Translations under genes and position numbers: made by a program
The notes under the pieces: generated by a model
What the model saw: only the letters and a program-made list of their open reading frames with translations
The model's database searches: none
Told to the model about the DNA's origin: nothing
Shown: positions 12,820 to 23,494 of the stretch, in pieces
How the letters are laid out: each line of letters opens with the position of its first letter
Numbering within the stretch: position 1 is the stretch's first letter
NCBI RefSeq assembly: GCF_041956535.1
Contig: NW_027192207.1
Location: 467,374 to 531,373, forward strand
From: Calcarisporiella thermophila CBS 279.70
Lineage: Eukaryota; Fungi; Calcarisporiellomycota
DNA: 64,000 nt
Direction of reading: 5' to 3'

Positions 12820-13260
12820 CTAAAGCAAGAAGAAGGCCAAAACAGCGGCCTGTCCGGCCAAGAAGCCGTTGACCAGCACCTGTTCCGCCCCGGATCTTGC
12901 CGCCCCGGTGCCCGTGGGCCTAGCGGAGATGCCAGAGGAGGAGGAGGCGCTCTGGGAAGTGGCCGTCCCCGTGGCGGAAACGGCGCCGGAGCCCGCGGTC
13001 AGAACAGAGGCGGTTCCGGTGGAGGAAGCTCCTGCGGAGGTCGCGGAGGCGGATTCGCTAGAATCGGAGCTGGCCGAGGTTGCCGCGGCGGTGGTGGGCG
13101 CGGCTGAATCGGAGGAGGCGGCGGATGCACTCTCGTGCTTGTGGCCCGGCTCGTTGTGGTCACCGTGGTCGTGGCCGTCGTGACCGCGTACGTGAGTGGC
13201 GACGGCAAGCAGGAGGAGGATGCAGAAGAGGGAGAAGAGGGTGCGCGAGAACTTGGCCAT
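12820..13260 (-). CDS. Small GPI-anchored surface protein with His-rich mature N-terminus and Ser/Ala/Thr stalk
   Basis: Signal peptide MAKFSRTLFSLFCILLLLAVATHVRG, then HDGHDHGDHNEPGHKH, an S/A/T low-complexity stalk and hydrophobic C-terminus VLVNGFLAGQAAVLAFFLL. Intronless. Confidence 0.85.
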   Translation of the reverse strand: MAKFSRTLFSLFCILLLLAVATHVRGHDGHDHGDHNEPGHKHESASAASSDSAAPTTAAATSASSDSSESASATSAGASSTGTASVLTAGSGAVSATGTATSQSASSSSGISARPTGTGAARSGAEQVLVNGFLAGQAAVLAFFLL

Positions 13261-15197
13261 TGTCAGGGGCGAAGGAGAGAGGAGAGCTGGCTAGAAGGAG
13301 AGAGAGGAGAAACAAAGCAAAAAAACTGGAAGCGGAGGGAAAGCGGAAACGGGGGAGAAATATAAAGACGAGCGGGAGAAAAATGATCGCATCCCGTCAT
13401 CAGCGAGGGAGGAAGAAATGGAACGAGATTAGAGAGAAATAAAACCCGTCCAATCACTGGGTGTCAAGCGGGTCGGCTGATTGGCGGGAGCACAGAAGCG
13501 GTGGAGATTACATTCTTAATAAACGTTGAAGATGCTGCATGCAATGGGGCCAAACACTTTCATAATCGCCAGGCCAACCCATTGGCAGGCCCCGCTGCAT
13601 CGCGCAAGTTTCTGAGTCCTGTGCGCACCTGCTCTCTGAGGCACACCTCATTTGGGGCTTGGCGAGGTTTTTGTCGCTGCTCTCCCTCCTCTCCTCTCTC
13701 CGGCATCCTCGCGGGGAAGGGTCCCCTCGCAGGAGGCCCTGATGGGCTGGAAGGTACCCCTCCTAAAGAATTTTCCGCGGTGAAACGTGCCTATATCTAG
13801 CTTCTATTTTGGGCCTACGTATGGGATGCAGCCGAGGGTTTCTAGAATGGTGCAAGATGCAATTCGATCAAATCGAGGCCATGGCCTGAGCTCCGGTTTG
13901 TTTATTGTTCTTTTATTAAAAAACAAGGAGCGCTTGCTACAAGCGATGCCACCACCCTCCACCGGGAGAAAAAGGGTGGCTCTCGAAACTGAAACGTCCA
14001 TTGTGTAAATTGACTTTCTACAACGGCGGATTCTCTTTTGGGGGAGTCGGTTTTTGGCCACGGAATAGTAGGCACCATTTTTTAGGAAAATAATTGCTGT
14101 TTAGGTTATTTTTGGTGCAAAGGTTCAATCCCTGCGAGGATGGGGCATGTGAAAGCATAGAGATGGATGTTTCGTATCAATACAGCGCTTGCTTTAATGG
14201 GATCCACTGCGCTTCGATATCGGCGAGAATGTCGGGAAGAATGTATGTGCCCTGATCGCTGCCTATCTAAGAATATCTGAGCGCGTATTTCTGAAAAATC
14301 CATAATGGGCCAAAGGGGATATCTCCCGAGATGGAAACAAGGTTCGCCAAAGGGGTGGATCTGGGTTGGAATCGAATCAGCGAACCAAACCTCGATGGGA
14401 GCTGCTCAATTGGGTTTGCCTTGAAAGCATAGGAGGGTTAGAATTATCCGACGGCCGGTGCATCCTATTCGAATGAAACTCTAAAGCCGTCCAAAAAAGA
14501 AGGCGCCTATCCCGTAGAAGAAATAAGCTTTCCATGTGTTCTTGGGTTTCCGTGGTTTATCGCTGAGAAAGGAGCATCCCTGTGGCCGGCCTGATTTCAG
14601 ATGCCAGCAGGGTGGGAATTGGAGGCACTTGGGGCGATATCACGGCCATCAAGCTCGGGGTGCGTGGGCCGTTTCTATACTGGTAGCTTGGTGCGAGGCT
14701 TCTTGTTTGGGACGGGATGAGCAACGGGGCAAGCTTGCCCAGTTCAGGCCGAGTTGTACGACTGCATCACGCACTCGTGTCCGACCTGGCTGCGAGAGCG
14801 ATTAGATTACGCTTCAAAGGAGCGCGTCTTGGCTCTGCTAAAGCCGGCTCGCTTTCCCAGCGAGGACCGCCGCCCCACGCGCTATCTACCATCCTCCGCA
14901 ATGCATCGCTCCGGCCCATGCTGCGGGCTGAGAAGCCGAGGCAAATCGAGGGGATTTCATGCTCCCCAGCGATAGGTTACCCAAACTTTTCGACCGCTGC
15001 TGCGACAAGAGTACTTTTTATATTTAGTCTCACCTTTTGAACGTTATTTATTCTCTCAAATGAAACTCAATTCTTCATCGCTTCCTCCATTATTTCTCAC
15101 CCTCTCGCCTCTTCCTATTCTCCTCCTCGCCGCGCACCTCCTGGAATAGAGCGGCTGCGACGATAGCAAGCGAAGGAAAGGGCACCTTGAAAGGATT

Positions 15198-17115
15198 ATG
15201 GAGAGGAGCTCAGAGTTGCCACCGGGCGTGCCGGACCTAATTCCGCATGACCTCGGTCCCATCGATGTGGTCACCAAAATCTACGTTTTCTTGAATGTTA
15301 CGACCATTATTTGCGGATTGGTGGTGGTGTCCATCATCATTTTCTTAGGTAATTCAGCAACCGCGTCTCCCCATGGCTCTCTTGCATGTCGGAGGAGGAT
15401 GCGCGAATCAGCGTCGTTGGGTTTTGAGAGCATTTGCTCACAATTTGTTTTTTGCTCTCTATTCGCGTGGTGAATAGGCCGATTCGACAAGAAGTTGATA
15501 AGTCGCGTTTCACTCCGGCTGACGGCCGCCATATCCATCGTTGATGCATGTAATGCAGCCATCAACCTCTTATACGCGACTGCCTTACCGGTCAGCCCAT
15601 TTGTCTGCCAGTTTGCCGCGTGGGCAGTCGTGTTCACTAACCTTGCCTACATCTTTCTGACGGCCGCCATCGCAGTCAACCTGCAGCTCCTCGTGCTGCA
15701 CGAGAACCGTTTTCGGCCGTCGCTCGAAGTGGCTTATTGGACGGTCTCCTTGGGGATGAGCCTATTGTTAAGCCTGTTGCCTTGGTGTAAGTACTTTGCG
15801 CGGGGTCCATATAATGGATGTTCCAAGCATCAGACTATCCGTGCGACAATCCATCCTTCCTGTGTGTTTCACTGACGGCAACCTCTTTCCTCCTAAAATG
15901 TCTAGTCGCGGGCCGCTACGGCTATGACGAAGCCCAGGCCACATGCTGGTTCAAAGAGTCCTACACGATCCCCTCACGTATATGGGAGGCCGTATGGTGA
16001 GTAGTTGGGTTAATAAAAGGAGGAAAAGTCATAGACTCATTTTCTCTTCACCGCGGGTCTTTCGTAGCATGATTGTCTGGGTGTTGGGCCTGATAATCTA
16101 TTGCACCATTGTCGTTTTTCTGGTCAACATCAAACTCCATCGGCATAAAAAGCGGTTTCTCGCCTCCAAGAATATCAATCCAATGCTTCGACAGCGCCAG
16201 ACGCTGCTGAACAAACTCATAGCTCGAATTGGTAAGTGATCTCATGGTTAGCGAATCTCTCGTTGATGGGGGTGGCAAATACTGACGGTTACTGAACTGA
16301 CCAAGGCTTATACGCCGTCATCCCACTGATAACTCACTTGGGAATATGCATGTACGAGCTCAATATCATTATCAACTTACGGATCGAGATGTGGATGGGG
16401 TTCTGGAGTGCCATTGGCATATGTATGCATTCTTCTCGCCAGCCTGATTTTATTTATTTGGCTTCATGATGCTAAGCCTTTGCGTACGATAGCGTCCACC
16501 GGAATCTGGAATCTAGCCGCATTCCTATGCGACCCCGCCATTCACAACGCTTTTGACACCATTGCCTATAAAACGGTGCTAAAATACCATAAGCACGAGC
16601 TCCCTGGCCCGTTTCTCCAATGGATGGTGCGCCGCCTTCTCGTTCCTCGTTATCCGATCCCATCGTCCTATGTCCATAACCTGCTGCAATCGCACAGGCA
16701 ATCCTTGTCTGGCAAGAGAGCTCATCGGCCGAGCCTAGAGGGCTCTCTTCCCGAGGAAAACCAATGCCCTCCCTATCAACTCTACCAGCAACTCATGGCG
16801 GATTTCGGGCAATTCGACGGCGAGAGAATGAGGGCGTCTTCTCCACCCTCCTCGCAGCAACAGACGGAGGAGTGGAAATATTCAAGACGAATAGCTCTTC
16901 GACGCGACTCAGAGGGAGACAGTATCGATGACGACGAATTGCGCGAGGGAACCTTTATTCAGTACCAAGACGGCGTCGTGACCCATGTGACCCCCGTGCT
17001 ACCGAGTACCGAGGAGCCCATGCACTCTGGCATGATTGGAAGCCCCAGCAGAGTCAACTCCATAGTGAATGACAACTTGCGTTATAATGCGTATCTGGTG
17101 ATACGTGGATTATAA
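15198..17115 (+). CDS. 7TM G-protein-coupled receptor-like protein (cAMP-receptor/Git3-like fungal class); ~6 exons
   Basis: Exons give TM1 then DKKLISRVSLRL, CQFAAWAVVF...AAIAVNLQLLVL, YGYDEAQATCWF, ARIGLYAVIPLIT, GIWNLAAFLCDPAIH and a long cytosolic tail. Confidence 0.85.
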
Positions 17116-17698
17116 ACTGGCCCTTTCTGCTCTCGTCCACCCCACAAATCTTAGCCCTTTTTTTTTTCCACTATTGACAATGGAGACGTAGAAGGGTGCC
17201 TTCCACTTCTTCGTTCCTTTTTTATTTCAATGTTAGCCCATGCATTACACGTGCGTTTTTTGTATAGTATGGAATTCTTTCACTTTTTATTTTTCTTTGC
17301 CTCTTATTTAACTCCTAACTGTTTTTTTTTCTTTTCATTTTAATATCCAGCTGTTAATGTAATGTAATATATGCGTGGAATTGAGGATTGATTCGCTGAA
17401 TTGTCAATGGCCTCATGAATTAATTGGCATTTCCGTTTATAGAAATGTAAATAGGGATACTAAAGTGTATGTATATTTTATTGTTTTAAAAAAAAATAGA
17501 TAAGTAGATAAAACAAAAAGTCAATCCATGGAGAAGGAAGGATAACCCAAATAATATAGTTGAAAGCGGGGTAAGGAGTTCCAGCTCCGTGCACCGAAAA
17601 CACCCCCACACTACTCTTCTCCCGTTGAAATAAACAAATCAACCAAAGTACAACGAATTTATTTTGCAAGGGCAAATAGAAAAATAGGTAGGAATAAA

Positions 17699-19099
17699 TT
17701 AGAATGCGATGGCGTAGATACCGGCCAAGGCGGTCAGGGTGGCCCACATGGGGGAGATGGAGGCGGCCGATGACATTTGGGCATCGCCGGACGAATAACC
17801 AGAGGCGCCAACCAGGTTGGCGGTGGAAGGCTTGGGCTCGGCCTCGACAACGATGCCATCGGGAGTCTCGTTGGTCTGGGTAGAGGCTTGAGCAGTGGTG
17901 TTGGACTCGCCCAGCTTGCTGGATTCGCCAACGTTAACGCCCTCGGCAGCAGCGGTACCTGTCTCGCTCTTCTTTGCGGTCTCAGCACCCTCGCCTGCGG
18001 CTCCGGCATTCTTTTCGGTCTCGATCGAAACGCCGGTGCTGCCCTCCTTGCCTGCTTCCCCAGCGGCACCGGCCTCAGCCTTGCCACTCTTTCCAGCCTC
18101 CATCATCTTCTCCATCTCCTTCAGGGCTTCCTCGCTAATCTTGCCGGATTCCTTCATCTTCTCTAGCTCCTTCTTCATCTCCTCCATCGATTTGCCGGAC
18201 TCCATTATCTTCTCCACCTCCTTCATGGTCTCCTCGTTGATCTTGCCGGACTCCTTCATCTTCTCCATCTCCTTCTTCATTTCCTCCTTCGACATTCCGG
18301 TCTCGGCGCTTCCACTCTTGCCAGATTCGGCGCTTTCGCCTTTGCCAGACTCCATCATCTTCTCCATCTCTTTCATGGTTTCCTCGCTCATCTTACCGGT
18401 TTCCTTCATCTTCTCCATCTCTTTCTTCATTTCTTCCATCGATTTGCCAGATTCCATCATTTTCTCCATCTCCTTCATGGTTTCCTCGCTCATCTTACCG
18501 GTTTCCTTCATCTTCTCCATCTCCTTCTTCATTTCTTCCATTTTGCCGCCCATCTTCTCCCCCATCTTCTCTTCCGTCTTCTCCCCCATTTTCTCTCCCA
18601 TCTTCTCGCCTTCTTTACCCTCTGGCATTGGCATTTCGGGTTTGGGCATTTCGGGCTTGGGCATTTCGGGCATGGGCATCTCAGTGGTAGGCTTCTTCTT
18701 TGCCTTGCATTTCTTCAGGCGCTTCGCAACCTTGAGCACGCCTTTCATTCCGTTCTCGCAGTGCTTGCCGACGGTGCAGAAGTAGGGAACCTCGCCCACA
18801 TGCTTATCCTCAAGCGTGATGTTGAAGGTGAAACCGGCGGGGTGAGCGCCGGAGTCGAAGCCACCCGACATGGCCTCGCAGGAGTTTAGCTTCGCCGCCT
18901 GGGTAACGGAATGCATGCCGGCGACGAACTTAAACATGACCATATCTCCAACTCGGAGTGAGTCGGCCATGGGGGGGTCGTATTTGAGACCGCCTTTGCC
19001 GACCTCGATTTGCATGACCTTTCCGGAGGTATGGGAGGTGGCAGAGGCACCAGCGACTAGCGCGGCAATCGCCATGGAATATGTGATGAGGGAGCGCAT
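17699..19099 (-). CDS. GPI-anchored cupredoxin (type-1 blue copper) protein with Met/Glu/Lys-rich repeat stalk
   Basis: Signal peptide, VGDMVMFKF..MHSVTQA...C...GGFDSG, YFCTVGKHCENGM (His/Cys/His/Met ligands), repeat region, C-terminal SSAASISPMWATLTALAGIYAIAF. Confidence 0.92.
   Translation of the reverse strand: MRSLITYSMAIAALVAGASATSHTSGKVMQIEVGKGGLKYDPPMADSLRVGDMVMFKFVAGMHSVTQAAKLNSCEAMSGGFDSGAHPAGFTFNITLEDKHVGEVPYFCTVGKHCENGMKGVLKVAKRLKKCKAKKKPTTEMPMPEMPKPEMPKPEMPMPEGKEGEKMGEKMGEKTEEKMGEKMGGKMEEMKKEMEKMKETGKMSEETMKEMEKMMESGKSMEEMKKEMEKMKETGKMSEETMKEMEKMMESGKGESAESGKSGSAETGMSKEEMKKEMEKMKESGKINEETMKEVEKIMESGKSMEEMKKELEKMKESGKISEEALKEMEKMMEAGKSGKAEAGAAGEAGKEGSTGVSIETEKNAGAAGEGAETAKKSETGTAAAEGVNVGESSKLGESNTTAQASTQTNETPDGIVVEAEPKPSTANLVGASGYSSGDAQMSSAASISPMWATLTALAGIYAIAF
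18086..18541 (-). repeat. Four copies of a 102-bp (34-aa) Met-rich coding repeat, arranged as two pairs
   Basis: MEEMKKEMEKMKETGKMSEETMKEMEKMMESGKS twice nearly identical, a spacer, then two diverged copies. Preceded by PEMPK and GEKM short repeats (~18545-18680). Confidence 0.95.
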
Positions 19100-20401
19100 G
19101 CTTGTGTTGTTGTTATTGTTGTGGTGGTGGTGTTGGATATGTTACAGATGCTGGATGATAATGAGGATGCTATGAAAGTGAATGATCACTCAAGGATGAA
19201 GGAGTGGAGGTCTTGTTGGAAGGGGAAAGGGGAGGGAAAGGTTATGTATGGGGAGGGGTCGACGCGAATTTCTGAAGCAGAAATAGAAGGAAAAATTGGC
19301 TCGGCAAGCGAGCGAGGGGGTTTATATTGGTGCTTTGTTTGTTTTCGGTTCGTCGGGTATAGGTTATAGCTGACTCTTCTTTGGTGGAGAATCTATGTGG
19401 GTGAGTGTGCTCTCTGTCGTGTTGCGCTGTGCCGATTAGAGTTTATCAGAAGGGAAAGCCGACCATCTGCTTACCACTTCCGCTCTCAATCCAAGGCCAA
19501 ACCCGTAGCTTTTGTCCCGGGGTACTCGCCTGGCGGCCCAAGATAGAAAAGACCAAGGTTGGGTCCTCCAGACCATTCGAGGGATCTCGGAGCCACTATT
19601 TCAAACTCGGTCGAGCGCCTCTTCACCGTTCACTTTGTCATCGGGCGCACATTCGACTACCTGATTTACTAGAAATAAAAGCGGTCCCATCTCTCATGGA
19701 TAGCCTCTCTTCCCAATTTGGCAGCCGCAATTCGAGGTGGCCAATGGGCGGCCCAATTTCCAAAGTAGTCGAAATAGGGAAGGAGGAAAGGATCGAAGCC
19801 GGGTTTTGTGGCCAAGTGGGTTTGTACACTGCGTAGTTGAGTGGCCAATCCCCAGATCCTGATAATGGCCTAGTGGCCTTGGGCGATCCATCCTCGACTG
19901 AATACTTTCATTGCTTTTGGAAACGCTCGCCCATATCCAAGCGAGCTCTTGACTCATAGCCTGTTCCCAATCTGAGTTCTTCTCATCCTTGCTAATAAAA
20001 ATTTTTCATGGATTTACATGTATAAGCACTGGGGAGTTACTTTTTTAGCTTTTGCTTTTAGTCAAGTGTATTCAGACAGAGATCCTACACACCCTCTAAG
20101 CTCTATGATGCTAGAAACAGACATAAATAGAAGAGGAAAGGGAGAGGGGGGGGGGGCATGTTTGAAAGAAAAAAATGCCAAACACGGCCAGTATATCATG
20201 CAATAAATACTATATTATATCGAAACAAGTGAAAGAAAAAAAAAGCCTACAAAAATAGCCTTCAATAGAGTGGATAATGAAAAAGGACAGTGTAACAAAA
20301 GGGGGGATGCAAAATCAAGGAATGGCAATAAACACAGAAAAGTTTATGAGGGCAAGCAGGTCCAAGGAACAAGGCTTGCGATTATATTAGATCTAGCGCA
20401 T

Positions 20402-20887
20402 TTACAACTTCTTCTTTGCCTTGCACTTCTTCTTCTTCTTCTTTTCACCATTCGAGTTGCTGTTTGTGTTGCCATTGCCGTTGGTGTTGGTGTTGGTGGA
20501 GCCGTTCGACGAGCCTCCCGAACCTCCCGAGCCATCGGCCTTGCTGACCTTAAGCACCCCCTTCATGCCGTTCTGGCAGTGCTTGCCGACCTTGCAGAAG
20601 AAGCCCACGTCACCCACGTGCTTCTCCTCAAGGGTGAGGTTGAAGGAGAAACCGGCACCGTGGACATCCGAGTCGAATCCGCCCGCCATAGGATCACACG
20701 AATCTACCTTTTGGGCTTGGGTAACGGAGTGCATTCCCTTCACCCAGGTGAACATGACCATATCTCCAACTTTCGCCTGGGCATTGGGGGGATTGAACTT
20801 GAGGCCGCCGTCACCCACCTTCACTTCCACCATGGTGGCAAGAGCGGTGGATGCAAGGGCACAAAGGGTAAAGAGGGAGGTGCGCAT
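20402..20887 (-). CDS. Secreted single-domain cupredoxin, tandem paralogue of 17699-19099, with basic Cys-containing tail
   Basis: Signal peptide, VGDMVMFTW..MHSVTQAQKVDSCDPMAGGFDSD, FFCKVGKHCQNGMKGVLKV, G/S/N linker, KKKKKKCKAKKKL*. Confidence 0.92.
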   Translation of the reverse strand: MRTSLFTLCALASTALATMVEVKVGDGGLKFNPPNAQAKVGDMVMFTWVKGMHSVTQAQKVDSCDPMAGGFDSDVHGAGFSFNLTLEEKHVGDVGFFCKVGKHCQNGMKGVLKVSKADGSGGSGGSSNGSTNTNTNGNGNTNSNSNGEKKKKKKCKAKKKL

Positions 20888-22209
20888 GCTGGAGGGTTTT
20901 AGATTTTGAGTTTTAGGGTTTCTAGATGCAAGAAATGCAGGAAAATGAATGCCGAGGTATCGAAGCTACAATGATGCGATGATGGTATGCAAATGCAAGA
21001 ATGGAACAAAGGAAAGGAAGAAAGAAAAAAAATGTGCAAAGAGAGGAGTATTTACGAGTTTTGAAAACGGCACCGACGCCCCGGAGCTCATTTATTTATA
21101 CGTGTGTGCCTTTTTGTTATCCCAACTTTCAAAATAACCATATCCTTGCTTAATCGATAATATGATTATTTGGATACATATCACTCTTAGGTTACCGTGA
21201 CACGGAAGTCCAGGCCCTAAATCGACTGTCCCTTCAATTTTTCGGATTCCTTGATTTCGGATTCCTGCAAAATCAGTGGTGCTTGATTCAAATTTCAGCG
21301 AAAAAGTAGGGATTTAGGAGAGGGGGAAAAGAGGGAGAAATTTGTTTGTTTAATAACTTCTCCCATTACAGGACAAGGGGTTCGAGAAAAAGAGGGTGGA
21401 GCATACAATTCTTTATTAGTAAGTGTAGATCATATTTGTAGGTTTCTACCTTGCTTTATTGCGTGGTTTTAGCGTTGAGTGAGCACGAAAAAAAAAAAAC
21501 CATTAAGATGGGAGCTTGTGAGTAGAATGGAACATCGTTTGAAATAAAAGTGGTTGACCATGTCGTGCTTATACTGTCAGTGAGTCTTCTATTGCTTGGA
21601 AAGGCCGCTAACCCTTACAGGACTTATCTGTTTCAAAATTTCTTGGCCCGGGGGAGCTAAAACAACGCAGTGCACAGGAGCAAAATGGTTTTGGATAGGG
21701 CGTGGAGCCACTTGTAACTTCCGGTGCGTAAGATAAAAAGAGGATCATTGTGCTCTTTGAGAATTAATGGGAAAATCGGTCAACTAAGCACAAAGAAATG
21801 GGGGATCCTGTTTAATTCCCACCTCCCATCCCCATCCTCCTAAGCTTGGGGAGGAGCATTGGATTGGAGGCCCGGCCGTCCATCAAATAAGTTTAGAGAA
21901 GAAGAGAGGAAGAGGGGGAGAAGGTTGCGATAGCAATTTTTTTTTTCACCTGTCATCCATGATTTGCGGAATTGAAATTTGAAATTAATAGGCATGATCT
22001 AATGGCGACGATCATACCTTTTTGCCTTAGTTCGATGTCATTATATGAGCATTATATGTGTGAAGCTTGTTAAGAAGCAATACACATCTCATGTATTACT
22101 AGAAAACAGGTCACATTACATCCTCCATTCACTTATCACCCCTCTTTCTAAATCTATATAATCTGAACAAGTAACAACAGGAAAAATAAAACAATCTAAA
22201 GGCTCCTCT

Positions 22210-22551
22210 TTACTCGTTCTTCTTCTCGGCCGCCTGCGCCTTCATCAAGCACTCCTTTTGGCATTCTGCGGGCTTGCCGTTGGTCTGGCACTGAGCGACG
22301 CACGCGTTCGTGTCCATGGGCGGGGCAGCTTTGGCTCCAGCGGCGTGAGCGCCTCCGTCTGGCTTGGGCAGGATGCCTCCATCGGGCTTGGGGCCTTCGG
22401 GCTTGGGCGCGCCCGCAGGTCCGCCTTCAGGAGTTTGGGCACGCGGATCTGCGCCGACATCATTGGGCTTGGGCTGGGCCTTGGGGTCGGGTTTTCCGGC
22501 AGCGACGAAGGCAATGGTGGTGGCAAGGAGCAGAACAAAAGACAGCTTCAT
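22210..22551 (-). CDS. Small secreted protein with Pro/Gly/Lys-rich PKPxG region and C-terminal CX3C-X8-CX3C motif
   Basis: Signal MKLSFVLLLATTIAFVAA, CVAQCQTNGKPAECQKEC, TATA-like TATATAAAG on the minus strand at ~22672-22680. Confidence 0.85.
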   Translation of the reverse strand: MKLSFVLLLATTIAFVAAGKPDPKAQPKPNDVGADPRAQTPEGGPAGAPKPEGPKPDGGILPKPDGGAHAAGAKAAPPMDTNACVAQCQTNGKPAECQKECLMKAQAAEKKNE

Positions 22552-23494
22552 GGTGAATTGATGGGTTGGTTATTAAGATTAATAAGCTTGGGTTTAGTAG
22601 TTGAGTTGTTGGTTGGAAGACTAGGAAAATCTGTTTGATGAGGAGGAGGGGAAGAGGTTGAGGCGGCGGGCCTTTATATAGACTTGCGATCGCGTAGAGG
22701 AGACCTTCTTCACGGCCATTTGTGCTACGATCTACAATCCGGCGACGGGGGGAAGAGTACTTCCTGATCATTGTATATACGTAATCTACCAGATGCATCG
22801 GGTCATTCGCGTTTGGCTAGACGACGTTTGGTAAAGGCTATTGTGTTTTCGTAGTGCACATATTTTTGCACAGCCGTGTCTGTTCAGGGTCGTCGTCCTT
22901 AATATTCCTAAAAAGAATTTAGCGTTGTTCAACTATAAGCACTTTGGGGCGATCGTCCCCTGGCGACCTTGGTCCGGTGCACCGCATATTTTTCAAAATA
23001 TGATCGGGGTGTCCATCATTCGTGTCGATCAGTTTTGGTTCGCGCGAATATGATGTCAACTCGCTTTCCAAACGTACTTGGCGATCCAAGCAAGATACGG
23101 TCCAAGCCACCGCGAGGGTGGGGATCTTCGAAATGTTTATCGCTAAATTAGCTTAACTTCAACTCCTGCGGCCGCGTTCCATCCTCCCTCCCCCATGACG
23201 AGGACCGGCCATTTTGAGCGGGGAGGTATGTGGGCGGAGGGTTGGGTGGTAGTAAACCATTTTCGAAAAAGTCTCCTCCACACTCCAATCGCTAGTTCAG
23301 TTATGAACAACTTTTCTTTATTTTCAATCCAACAACAGGGGGGGGTGGGGGTGGGAGAGGGGAGGGAAAAAAAAATCTACACAATAGTGGCCATACCTTT
23401 TGAAGTGGAAAGAATAGCATATATGGGAAAAAAGCAACAACAACAAAAAGAAACAGCATGTATGAATCTCGACCTGCATATTGGGAGAGGCAAT

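Noticed and set aside
17734-18785. Long antisense and alternate-frame ORFs (e.g. the 296-aa F/S/I-rich ORF) over the cupredoxin
   Set aside because: Shadows of the E/K/M repeat codons. The minus-strand frame has the signal peptide, domain and GPI signal.
19100-21900. Mac1/Cuf1 copper-response or ZafA zinc-response elements upstream of the metal-ligand genes
   Set aside because: Only isolated partial matches and generic CCAAT boxes, at a level expected by chance.
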